A stretch of DNA of 63,572 nt, counting the filler, from Octopus bimaculoides (lineage: Eukaryota): the NCBI RefSeq assembly GCF_001194135.2. It is 10 parts of 8 records of this genome, joined end to end, with 100 filler letters (N's around TTAATTAATTAA, not from the genome) between each part and the next. Parts side by side here need not be neighbours in the genome. Positions count along the whole stretch, not along the records: positions 8,143 to 12,964 come from NW_026426055.1; positions 13,065 to 19,393 come from NC_068982.1; positions 19,494 to 29,488 come from NC_068984.1; 7 more parts are not named here. One strand, 5' to 3'. The position numbers and the translations under genes are program-made. The notes below the pieces were generated by a model. It made no database searches and was not told where the DNA came from. It worked only from the letters and a program-made list of their open reading frames with translations. Shown here piece by piece: positions 12,272 to 24,205 of this stretch (its first letter is position 1; each line of letters starts with the position of its first letter).

Positions 12272-12460
12272 GTTGAAAATGTTAATTACCGGGTTGGTAA
12301 TGTTAATTACTGGGTTGATAATGTTAATTACTGCATTGATAATGTTAATTACTGCATTCATAATTGTAATTATTGCATTGATAATGTTAATTATCAGGTT
12401 GATAATGCTAATTACCTGGTCGATAATGTTAATTACTCGATTGACAATGCTAATTACTGC
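12272..12460. repeat. 21-bp minisatellite, 9 units (consensus approximately GTTGATAATGTTAATTACTG(C/G))
   Basis: Direct tandem units with no spacers; open frame gives [V/I]DNVNY[C/W] heptads. Confidence 0.92.
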
Positions 12461-12540
12461 ATAAAAGTGAAGGGAAGTCGTGGAAGGGAGAGACCTAGGA
12501 AGACATGGGATGGAGCTGATCTCGAAATGGTGAACCTTCG

Positions 12541-12762
12541 CCCTTTAGCATTTAAACCGGCCATATCCGGCCAAAAGTATTCTGCCTGATTTATGTTCAA
12601 ACTGGCCAGATCTGGTCTCTCACACCAACCCTACAATATCATTTAAAAAATTAACAGCTACCTCATCGAAATCTCATAGCTACAAAATAATGCATGGTTA
12701 GTTCAAAACATTGTGGATAAAAAAAGCATTAATTATGGCAGAATAATGCGAACACTAAAGGG
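12541..12762. mobile_element. piggyBac-type MITE inserted into an RTE 3' fragment
   Basis: Termini CCCTTTAG...CTAAAGGG followed by TTAA (left TTAA missing); flanks rejoin as RTE-like KVKGSRGRERPRKTWD..DLEMVNL | KEMT..RDMW.IAVLKKT. Confidence 0.6.
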
Positions 12763-13064
12763 TTAAGGAGATGACAACAGCTTGAGATATGTGGTGCATA
12801 GCTGTACTCAAGAAGACATGCCCACCACAGCAGAACTGAGATCCTAAAACCAAGGGGCCACATAAAAAGCACTTGCGCTGGTTCCACATATCAAGCACTG
12901 GTGACAGTCCCTTGTAAAAGGCACTGGTGATGGTGTCACATAAAAAGCACCCAGTACACTCTGTNNNNNNNNNNNNNNNNNNNNNNNNNNNNNNNNNNNN
13001 NNNNNNNNTTAATTAATTAANNNNNNNNNNNNNNNNNNNNNNNNNNNNNNNNNNNNNNNNNNNN

Positions 13065-13387
13065 CTCACATGGACAACTGTATGTTGGCTGCTCAAGAGT
13101 GGGCAGCAACAAAAAACCTATTTGTATATGCTCCACAAGGGAAAACAAGGAACATAGTTTACAATGAGGTGTTATAATCACAACAGCAAGAAAGTATGTA
13201 CATGATCACCTTCTTTTACGAAACTTCATTGACTTTCATATATTTATATTGATATACATATATATACGTGTGTTTGGGTGCGTGTGTGTATATACATCTC
13301 TATATATAAAGATGATGCGTAGTCTAGACAGCGTTTTTAGATTTCATTATTCTCTTTAACCCGGGCAACGCCGGGTATTTCTGCTAG
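13065..13387 (+). mobile_element. Helitron 3' end (helicase C-terminus plus terminal hairpin and CTAG)
   Basis: SHGQLYVGCSRVG...NLFVYAPQGKTRNIVYNEVL* (one frameshift) is the Helitron Pif1-like helicase C-terminus; hairpin CCCGGGCAACGCCGGG (13360-13375) then CTAG|T at 13384-13388. Confidence 0.85.
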
Positions 13388-13656
13388 TATCTTATAAATT
13401 AAGTTCTGACATGCTATTGACCGGTAGTTTTTTGCCATGTGGGTGGTTCTGCATTTAGGGATCAATTTTGTCTCTGCCAAAGCTAACCAGTGTGGTATGC
13501 TACTGTTCCCAATGAGAGCTTGCTGGTACAGATTGATAAAATATGGTCGGTAGAATGTTAGCTTCTTGTACCAATATCCAACAATCAAGTCTCTTCCAGG
13601 TGTTTTTCCATCTTGGAGTTTCTGGCTCACAGTTGCAAAAGTTTCACCATCAATAT
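13388..13656 (-). mobile_element. R4-clade non-LTR retrotransposon RT N-terminal fragment
   Basis: KTPGRDLIVGYWYKKL...IPHWLALAETKLIPK...AKNYRSIACQNLIYKI matches RT domains 0-1; 5' junction in (CATA)n, 3' side cut by the Helitron. Confidence 0.8.
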
Positions 13657-13690
13657 TGTATGTATGTATGTATGCATGTATGTATGTATG

Positions 13691-13721
<31 letters not shown>

Positions 13722-16264
13722 TATGTATGTATGTATGTATGTATGTATGTATTTATGTTTGTATGAATGTATGTATGTATGTACGTATGTATGTAAGTAT
13801 GTATGTATGTACGTATATGTGTGTGGCTTTTAGTTTGTACTCCTAACGGTGCCCCAGTATTGTCACTATTCAATCACTGAAACAATTAAATGATAAAAGG
13901 TAAAGATTATAAAAAAACAATCACTGCTTCAAATTGAAGAAAGCAGTAATAATATGCGAATAGCCCCATCCATTCACGCACGTGCCAAGTCAGTTATTAG
14001 AATTCGTATTAATTTTGATGCCGTGAGAAGTGAGTCCTGGCATTTCTGGAGTGGCCATTCATGCTGAAAAAAACAAAATGAGAAATGCTTTAGAAAGTTA
14101 TGGATTATAAACTTGCTAATCCTATCCGACCTTTTAACCTTATCAACGAAATATCCTTTCACTCATACGAGGGATCCTCCACGCGGTCGCTCAGCTTGCA
14201 ATATGTTGTAGCTAAATGCCCCTCAAATCACATTGTTCAATCTCCAAAACAGAAAGAGAAATATAAGACAACGTACCCATAGAAACCATTAAAAACAAAA
14301 CAGTCAAGGCTGGAGTGCATTTGTTCATAGGCCAGCTAAACAACAGCATCGACTCATTTATGAATTTCTGGCTTGATGGGCGTCCGGGAAGGTAACACCG
14401 ATGAGCTAAAGAGTAACCCATGCCCTTTGGATTTCCTCATGACGCAAGATTTGTAGGAGCAAAGTAGCCGTGACAGAAACTGCGCAGCTCATGCCGTTTC
14501 TATAAAACTCCTTCCTTCGTAATGTGAGAAGAAACGCTTATATATAGGTATCGAAATTAGATTTCAGATTCTCTGTGTCACTATGGTATTCTACATTATT
14601 TATCTATGCTCTAAAGGCTTGGTTGCCCATGATTCTCTTTTCGGACGGATGATAGTAAGTCCCGTAATCCGCTGGACTCTATCACGTGCCGCTGAACAGC
14701 ATAATCACAATGTAAGGACCTCCTCCTTAATTCTTGCGTTTCTTACCTCCCGATAGCACCCCATTTAGTTTCTACCTTCAAGAAGGTTAAGACTTGGAAA
14801 GTCTCTCGCAGCCCCCATTTACACCATTTTCTTGCAATCATTTACCAATAGTTAAAAAAGTAAATAAAATGCTAGCCAACTACATCAAAACTACAGTCGT
14901 CACAGCATCTATTACATTTACAAACACGTTGTTTCACTCTGTGGTGCCAATTTACAGTCAACGATTACTAAATACAATTGTTAATTATTGCAGACACTGC
15001 ACCACAATTGTTATAACAGAAGCAAACACTTAATACTAGATCAAGGTGGGATACATGCATTTTCTCAGGTATTCAAACATATATATATATAGTTAAAGTT
15101 TGTCATACCGGCCATGATGAAATACTACAAAGTATAGAAAATATGAAATACCACAAGGTATAGAAAATATTCGCCTTTATATATTTATATATTTAATCCT
15201 TTATATTGAACACTCAATATTTCATCTATTCAATAAGACATATTCCATATATTCAATAAGACATTCAATACTTTATTTCATAGTACCATCCATTTTTATT
15301 TTATATTATATATTGTATATTATATTATATATTGTATATTTCATATTCCATATCCCACATTGGTTTTGCAGGAATATAAATAAAACATAAAAAACAGACA
15401 GTGTTGGAACTCTTTTAAACAAAATAATATATTCCTCTATACACAATCATACAANNNNNNNNNNNNNNNNNNNNNNNNNNNNNNNNNNNNNNNNNNNNNN
15501 NNNNNNNNNNNNNNNNNNNNNNNNNNNNNNNNNNNNNNNNNNNNNNNNNNNNNNNNNNNNTATATATATATATATATCTGTAATATATGTGACAATTATT
15601 CGGTTGCTATAATGAAACTCGTTACGGATGTCCGGGTGAAAACCTGCTCCGGCATCATTTCAGTTATCGAGGCAATCAAAATACGCTATGAAAATGATCG
15701 TTAACCAAAGGGAAATTACTATGTAATTGGCCGCTATTAAGACAAAAGAGTTATTAGAATGACCGTTAAATAAGGGAAAAAACCGAAGGGGAAGTAAAAA
15801 ATAAAGGAGTAAAAATGTTCATAACAATCGCGTATGCGCGCATGTACATACATACACATGCGCGCACGCACACCCACGTGCATGTGCCAAATGCATATCC
15901 TCACTCACACTCACATGAAACACACACACGTGCACCACCACCCACACACACACACACGTGCACACACCCATACGCGCACAGTTATATTCAAATACACGTC
16001 TAAAAATATGCACATGCTATATGCTCGCTCACACTCGCAGGGAACACATGCATGTACACCCACATATATGTGCAACCATACCCATGAGAGATTTAGAAAT
16101 GTATTATTTCTATTTTATATATATCAAAATATCACTATTATTATTTACAGGATTGTAAAACACGGCACCGTATAAAAAAAACCATTCCCACCGAAAACAT
16201 ATAGAAAGTTTGTTTACATAAAAACTAATACGAACTAATATATTGTTCTTAAATTTGACAGAAA

Positions 16265-16342
16265 CGCGTAGGCTGATTCGCTGGTGTAAAGGCAACTCAC
16301 TTAGTCGCGTTAACAAAGGGATGTGGATTCGACTCTCACGCG
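16265..16342 (+). other. tRNA-like sequence (pseudogene or SINE head) between direct repeats
   Basis: A-box-like TGGTGTAAAGG; T-arm-like GTGGA-TTCGACT-CTCAC; terminal CGCGT/ACGCG. Confidence 0.3.
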
Positions 16343-17145
16343 GATAGGAAAGCCTTCTTTTTTTTTTTCTGTCGAGGGCTTATTAGACTATTTTTCTTAG
16401 TCATTGCATGGTGATTGCCATAAGATTTAAGCTTATATAAAAATAACACTGTTGTTATTTACAGGATTGTAAAACACGGTGCCGTATAAAAAACTATTCG
16501 CATATATATATGCATACACATATGTCTGAATGTATTTATATATAGAGTGAGTGCACACTTAAAGAAAAGGAAGTAATCCTGGTGAGAAAAAAGAAGGTGT
16601 ATTTCTGGGCTTTTGAATTTGTCCACCAATAAATATTCACAATTTCCTCTTAACGTACTTCAACACTCCTTTCATCAAACAGGATTGTATGCAACCATTA
16701 TTTTGCGAGTCATTCTTCGATATTTATAATTTAACGTATTTTCCACGCTGTTCTAATGGGTTTTATGAATTTGTAAACCAGTCTTTCTGCAGAGCTTACC
16801 ACATGATTGTTATGACAAGTAAAAGGCCATCGATTTGGCTGTGTAGCTAGCAGAGGTTGTTTCAAGATGGTTGTGTATGAGGAGGTGTGAACCTTGGAAT
16901 GAACAGTGCTACCAAAGGTAATGCTAACTGGACACAAACTGGAGCTTGATCGGTCCTGCATAAGGGTGCCTGAATGATGAAAGATCGAATCATCTAATGA
17001 CATTTAAACATCAATAAAGGCCATTATATGACTTTTGTGGATCAATGAAGATCAATAAAGGTCATTGTATCATAGATATAGGTATAAAATTATTTACATG
17101 AGTGTGCGTATATATGTATGAATGTTTTTATGTACATAAACATAC

Positions 17146-17487
17146 ATGCTGAGACCTCCTTCGGTCATAACTGACCATGGGATTACACCTAGAAAGTTAC
17201 CCTCCCGGGCACAAGTCCGGGCAAGGTTGTTTTTATGGAAGACCAGGAGTCGCCAATGCATACCAGCCTCCCCTCTCCACGCCACCAGTGTTATCCAAGA
17301 GAAAGGCAAGGGCCGATACAGCTTGGCACCTGTGACGTCGGAACTCATTTCTACAGCTGAGTGAACTAGAGCAACATGAAATAAAGTTTCTTGCTCAAGA
17401 ACACAACACGCAGCCCGGTCCGAGATTCGAACTCACAACCTCACGATCGTAAGCTCGACGCTCTACCACTGAGCCATGCGCCTTCAC
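17146..17487 (-). mobile_element. Apparently full-length tRNA-derived SINE (family E)
   Basis: Head GGCGCATGGCTCAGTGGTAGAGCG...GTGAGTTCGAATCTC with good A and B boxes, followed by the shared body and the family E 3' part. Confidence 0.85.
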
Positions 17488-18179
17488 TATAAACATGCAT
17501 ACATACAAACATGCATAGATATACACACACACATACATACATACATACATGCATGCATGCATACATGCATACATGCATACACATATACATAATACATACA
17601 TGGATACACATATACATACATGCATACATGCATACACATATACATAATACATACATGGATACACATATACATACATACATACATACATACATACATGCAT
17701 ACACATATACATACATGCATACATATTAGAGGAAAAAGAACAAAACCAAGGCGTGACGAGTATTTCAAATCATTTAGAGTATTCAATTAGAGTAAGGTGC
17801 CTTCAACATCCGACATGCAGGTGTAGAGAACCGCTTAAAATTCTTTTGAAGGTCTTCTGCGTAGATAATACCGACTCTCTAGCCTTCATCTGTAACTGGT
17901 CAATTTCTCCAGTTATAAATAAAAGAAACAATCTTTACTTGCCATAGTAGCATTAATCTGGCCTGATTTTTAAAAGTATACTTTACACCACATAGAATTT
18001 CGCTAGCACGATCATAGTTGAAACCAATAATAACACCACCAATGAAAACAGTAAGACAGTGTCATCCAAGACGATGTAAGTACTCTTCTCATTTTGCTTG
18101 GAATTTACTTCTAAGCCAAGACCTACCTCAGTGCTATGAAAAAGCCCGTGGTGACTCTTCTGTCAGATGTATGAAATGG

Positions 18180-18305
18180 TTAGGAAAATACTTGTCCCTA
18201 GGTTTGGATTTTGTGTTCCAAATTTCATTAGGATCGGTGTAGTAGTTTTCGAATGTATAAGTAACACACGAACACACATAAAGACATTGACTTTTATATA
18301 ATAGA
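18180..18305 (-). mobile_element. Probable Helitron 5' end (non-autonomous type)
   Basis: Minus strand starts A|TCTATTATATAAAAG...CCGATCCTAATGAAATTTGG, a pattern typical of animal Helitron 5' ends. Confidence 0.4.
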
Positions 18306-18619
18306 TATGAATATCCACATATACATACATGTATATGTGTGTGTGTGTGTATTATATATATATATATATATACATACTATATATATATATATACACACAC
18401 ACACACAAAGATAGATTGATAGATACAATTCAGTGGGCAAACAAAAATATGAGACACTGCCTAGTGGGTTTTTTTTTTTAATTTTGATAAGCCTGGTACT
18501 TATTTTATCAGTTTCTTCTTGTGAAATCAGTAAGCTATGAGGATGTAAATAAACGAACAGCAGTTGTGAAGTAGTGATGAGGGAGAAATACAGAGACAAA
18601 GATACACACATACACTGAC

Positions 18620-18661
<42 letters not shown>

Positions 18662-19168
18662 GATTAATTTCTTTCAGTTTCTGTCTAGANNNNNNNNNNT
18701 ACACGATTAATTTCTTTCAGTTTCTGTCTAGAAAATCCACTCACAAGGCTTTAGTTGGTCTGAGGCTATAGCAGAAGGCACAACTGTTGTTCACGCATTG
18801 ATTACGCATGACTGCTACAGTGAAATATTTCAAGAAAGAATGAAAACTCTCACCCTCAATACAGTTACAATGAACTTACAATAAATTAACACTCCTAGAT
18901 AACTTGTGGCGTCACTCAATATATTTACTTCAGATACAGCTTGCAGTTCACACAAAGTGGAATAATAACTCAAACAGCATCATTAATTTTCTCGGATTTT
19001 ACCTCGTCATTCTTTTATCACTAACTTCTTACAGCATCTACTCTTCACAAACATGGTAGCCAGTAAGTATATATTGTTGACTTCTCGTAATATAGAAGTT
19101 ACTTAAAAGAGTTAAGGCTTATATATCTATATCTATATATATATATGTGTGCATGTGTGTGTGTGTAT

Positions 19169-19202
<34 letters not shown>

Positions 19203-19207
<5 letters not shown>

Positions 19208-19327
19208 TCATAAATATACAGGGATTAGCAATGGGTTTAGAATCAGTAGTTCTTTGACTGCTATTTCTAGATTTTCAGTATGTTGGAGAAGCAACCCATT
19301 GCTAATCCCTGTATATTTATGATGATA
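19203..19327. repeat. Perfect 35-bp inverted repeat with 55-bp loop
   Basis: TATCATCATAAATATACAGGGATTAGCAATGGGTT (19203-19237) is the exact reverse complement of 19293-19327. Confidence 0.92.
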
Positions 19328-19493
19328 AATGATTTTACCGATAAAGGTTTTTTTCATACTGAACTACTTGGCAAAATTGTTAATTATTAATTCNNNNNNN
19401 NNNNNNNNNNNNNNNNNNNNNNNNNNNNNNNNNNNNNTTAATTAATTAANNNNNNNNNNNNNNNNNNNNNNNNNNNNNNNNNNNNNNNNNNNN

Positions 19494-20024
19494 TCACCAA
19501 TCGAGGTCGTTTTTTGGTATAATATGTCGCCCAGGTCAGGACAGGCTGAGGAGTCGGTGCCACACAGGGCAATATTCAGGTACGAGTGGAGGCACCCGTG
19601 TATTGCATCAATGCGACTCCGGGGAGAAGAAGAGCACACCTTCGTGCAGATCGGGGAAGTATGGGTAAAATTCCCAAATGCACGGTGCACATCACAATGA
19701 GGGAAAGGAACTATAACCTCCATCAATTCAAAGAACAACGTCTCGGTCGATGGTATACCACGCCACGTTTTGGATGTGCGGAAGATTGTCAGTGCTTCAG
19801 AGGATGGAACCAGCTGCAGTGGGCAGGATGATGAAGACAGCAGCAGTAGGCAAGATGATGAAGGCAGCGCGCCAGGAACTCAGGCCAGTCCCGGGGTCGC
19901 ACAGCGACCACAGAGGGAGCGGCAACTTCCTCCCTGGTTGGCTGATTATGAAACCAATTAAGGTAGTTCGGGAGCGAGGAGTGAGTGGGAGAGCCGGTTG
20001 AATGATCTGTAGATCAGGGGGGCG
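19494..20024 (+). mobile_element. Ty3/Gypsy LTR retrotransposon, integrase C-terminal region plus polypurine tract
   Basis: Reading EVVFWYNMSPRSGQAEESVPHRAIFRYEWRHP...VQIGEVWVKFPNARCTSQ*GKGTIT...NVSVDGIPRHVLDVR...QRPQRERQLPPWLADYETN*; PPT AGGGGGGCG at 20016-20024. Confidence 0.75.
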
Positions 20025-20240
20025 TGTGGTATTATAAGCTGTGATGAGCTGTGTGTTGTTGGTGGAGAGAGGTGAGACAAACAGAAGTGAAGCCAGACCG
20101 GAAGGGTAGACCGGAAGGGTCAGACCGGAAGTCGGGCACACGCGGTCGAAGGCCAGCACGTGGGTCAGTCAAAAAACAGACAGGTTACGCGAAAGACGTG
20201 TTTTGATCAAGAGCGATTGTGTACTCCGCTGCGGTCGACA
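20025..20240 (+). repeat. Putative 3' LTR (TGT...ACA)
   Basis: Begins TGTGG right after the PPT; candidate end CGACA at 20240; internal AGACCGGAAG x3. Right boundary inferred. Confidence 0.55.
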
Positions 20241-22149
20241 AGGTAAGGTCCAAGGTTTCATTCTGTCCTTTTGCTTCTTCTTGTCTTTTTCTTCCATCAC
20301 ACCACAAAATATTCAGCCTGATTAAAGCCTGAAACCAAAGAGCTCGTAAAATTTGTCTTTTGTAACATTTCGATAAAGTGGACAAGTTTCCTTCTTTTCT
20401 TTTTAGCGACGGTGTTATGACAAGGTTTAGAGTAGAGTGAGGGTTAAATCTACCCCACCAGTACAGCGGAATGTAAACTAATATAAATGTGTGCAACCGA
20501 ATAACACCAAATTTTTTTCTCCAAAACCATGCGGAATCAGCTACGCACCTCCTACACACACGCACAAACACACACACACACACACACACATACACACACA
20601 CACACACACATACACCACACCACACACAAACACACTAACACACACACAAACACACATGCACATGTCACGCGCTCAGACACACAGACAAGGAGGAGGAGGA
20701 GGAGGAGATTTTACTTGCTCATGGACGCCAATTTGTATGTCTATTCTGCAGTAGAATTATTCAGTTGTGGACCCAGATGCCATCACTAATCATCAAGCAA
20801 AAGCCTTGCACCTCCAGATGGAGAACTGGGTCTGGTTTTTACTGTGATTAATCTTCCATGCTGTATTATATCATATTTCTATTTCTACAAGTAATACTTT
20901 TCATTTTCTTGGTAGAATTAATTATTTATTGTTTAATATAAACATTAGGGTGGAAATTTGAACCCAGCTAGAACTGAATATTCTGAATAATATGTACTAA
21001 AAAGGATTTTCATTTCCGCCATCAATATTAATCTTTAATGCAATGCACAGCACAAAGATTCATTCTGGTTAAAGTATTTTATTTACAGATGAGATATGAA
21101 AATATCTAAATGTCCGTCTACAAATGATGGCGGAGGAAATTGACACAATATGGACTGGAATACTCTTAACTTTAAGTAGATATGAGACTGGTTTCATCTT
21201 TACAAAATCATTTGATACAGCCATGTTCATGCGGGAAGACTAGCGCCAAACTGTATTTTTACGGTTACGAGAAAGCCCTGCTTCGAGGTTTGCGAGTCAC
21301 TCCTTTTCTGCGATGGAGGTATGCCCTGGCAGTGATAACAATCAAGACAAGTGCTGTGCAAGAGAAGAGGAATGCAGTCACAGTTCATGACCAACTGATG
21401 AATGAACGAACTCTAGATACCACTGAGCTAGTCCTAGTTTATAGCTAACTATTTAACAGCGAAATTACTACCTTCATGTCCAAAATCCAACCCAAGGAGG
21501 ATTACACTTTTTAATTTGTCCCAAGTAATTCTAAAAGAAGGCCACTCAAGTATAAAACCATTATAGTTTAAACAGTACTGAATAACAACAGCAGCTGTCT
21601 AAATGTCCAGCGGAAGCTCCTAGATATACAGGCACCGTCAGATATTAACAGCCCTTGTTAGTAGACAGTTGTGATTTCAGAAAAGAGAGTAGACCCTACT
21701 AATATAATTCTTTCTTATTTTTGGCAGGGGATGGGGAAATCGATTACATCGACCCCAGTGATCAACTGGCACTTATTTTATCGATTCCGAAAGGATGAAA
21801 GGCAACGTCTTAAAATGTAAAATCGGAAGAAATGCCACTAAGCATTTAATCAGGTGCTGTAACGATTCTGTTAGCTCGGCAACTTCGGTCATACAAATAT
21901 AATTAAATCTCTGGAGAGTTTAAATAACTAAAAATTTATAGAGAAATGATGTAGTGTGAGAGCCCATACCCTCTTCCAATGATCTCTAACACCTATTTAA
22001 TTACAGAAGATAAGTTTGACACTGAAATCGAGAAAGGTACTGCGAATTTGTTGCGTCCAGTGGGCGGCAAAAGTAAACTCAGAAATCCCGAAAGGAAATG
22101 AGTATCGTAATATTGGTATAATCGATAACGATTTCATAATCAAACCTAT

Positions 22150-23240
22150 ATATAAGATGAACATTAGTATACGGAATGTAAGAGGTTTATGTTAAGGTTA
22201 TAATCTGAAATGCAATGAAATGGACAGATATGAAATATCTTTACTTGAACAGGAAATCACTGTTTTATATATTTATAACAATGATGAAATGGTAATCTTC
22301 TCATGAAGAGATAGTCGTTATAGCCATGGAGTTATTTGTTATCTTGAATAAAACTGCCACTAAGTTCTTGGATATATGCTTGGATATATATAAAAGTTAA
22401 TGATAGAAATATAAAGATGAGACTGAGGAAAACCATTTAACATTACAACAATGCAGTTTTATGTTCTAACTACTGCTAAGAACGAATTAGATCGATTCTA
22501 CGATGCACTTCAAGAAGAAATCAATCACCTCCAAAAGATTTTCTTATGCTACGGCTGGGAAACGAAAACCAGAATCAGTAACTGTGGCTAATTTTATTTT
22601 AGGCACAAAGAACGAACAAGGTGACCGATTTGTTGAATTCTGTGGCTGAAACAAACTTAGTACTTCTAACACAAAGTTGAACCTATATCAGACATTATAC
22701 TCAATTTGTTTTTCTAAATGCAAGATCCATAACCAAATGGATTAGTTAGACAGAGATGGAAATGTCTTGTTATAAAATGTTAAAACTTACCCAAATACTG
22801 AAGAAACAGCGAGCTTCAACTTAATATTTGCAAGAGATAAAAGATACAAGCATCAAAAACGTACAGCCTTGCAAACATTCCAAATGACTACAACATTGAA
22901 ATAAAAAGGAAACTATTAGAACAACCTTGGCAATGTGAAGAAGAAAATTACCTTCAAGAACTGTGGGGCAAAGCTAAAATAAAATTCGGAATCGGCAGAA
23001 AAATGTATTACCAGAAGAAAAAAAAAATTGATTGAAGTTAATAAGACAAGACATTAGATAAAATTGAAGAAAGTTATTTAAAGAGTTGTGGTATGATATT
23101 ATCTAAATCTGAAAAACGATACTAACAGCTGAGCCATGAATTTTAAATCAAGAAGAAAAACACAATCAAGAAAACATTAAAGTAATTTGTGATGAGATTT
23201 AACATTCTGTAAGAAACACTTCTAATGGTCTTTATACTCT
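22150..23240 (+). mobile_element. Decayed RTE-clade LINE, apurinic endonuclease region
   Basis: Fragments KMNISIRNVRGL, ELDRFYDALQEEI, LGTKNEQGDRFVEFC, IHNQMD and NVKTYP follow the APE motif order. Confidence 0.7.
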
Positions 23241-23984
23241 TTATACAGTTGTGAAGCAAATACCAAAAAATAAGAAAACTAATAATGAGTTGTTTGACCA
23301 ATTGAATCTCCACTCAGGAAATTAAGGTGTAAGTGTCTGAGTATTCCACTGGTACTTGTACTTTCAACGTAATTCTCAGGCCAAAGCAGCGTAACACAAC
23401 GAAATAAGGCTGGACTTTTGAGTTACATGTACAATTCAGAGAGAAAAAGAAAGAATAATTGAACACGGAAACGAACTGGTACTTTATTCATTGCTCCCAA
23501 AAGACTGAAAGGCAAAGTTGATAAAGAAAGTAAAAAAAAGAAAAAAATATGAATAATATGGTTTATTCATTACTTTTGACAAAACTGAATGAATAATTAT
23601 CTCTAGAATATCTCAGGATAATAATATCATAATTGACAATCAAAGTGTCAAAATATCATATGAGTTTTGCTATCTTGTGAGAATTATTACAAATCAAAGA
23701 GATTATAGCAAAGAGCTGTAAAGAACTACAGTAGCAACATCGCTGGTAACTCTTTAAACTACCTTTGGAAAAATTTATTAATAAGTAATCAGCTGAAAAT
23801 GCTGGACACGTTGATATTTCTAATTGCAACTTAATGAATTTGATAGCTGAGAGAAAAATTATTCTAATTTTGATGTTGTAAAACAGGCGCCCCCTTGTAG
23901 GTATAGTGAATTTGGGAGAGAGACACTCTGCAAACAACTAAAGAGTTAAGAATGAGTGTATTTTCCTTAAAATTTAGGATGACC

Positions 23985-24205
23985 AAATATTGGTTTCAGA
24001 TTTTGGCATAAGGCCAGTAAATTCAGAAGGGGTAAGTCGATTACAGCAACTTCAGTGCTCAACTGGTACTTATTTTATCGACCCCAAAAGAATGAAGAGC
24101 AAAGTTGACCCCAGCGGAATTTGAACCCAAAACGTAAAGAGGGACGCAAATGCTATTAAGCATTTTGCTCGGTTTGCTAATGATTCTGCCAGCTCGCTGC
24201 TTTGA
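23985..24205 (-). mobile_element. SINE family C copy
   Basis: Same family as 5020-5400 and 59636-59870. Confidence 0.75.

Noticed and set aside
12272-12460. CRISPR-like array
   Set aside because: Units are contiguous with no unique spacers, and the context is eukaryotic.
16540-17000. Possible decayed Tc1 element (TA-GAGTG terminus)
   Set aside because: No DDE motif recoverable; only a weak terminal resemblance.
21090-21448. GC-richer stretch with Cys-containing frames as a small secreted-peptide exon
   Set aside because: Every frame either has stops or lacks a recognisable motif, and no consistent splice pair was found.
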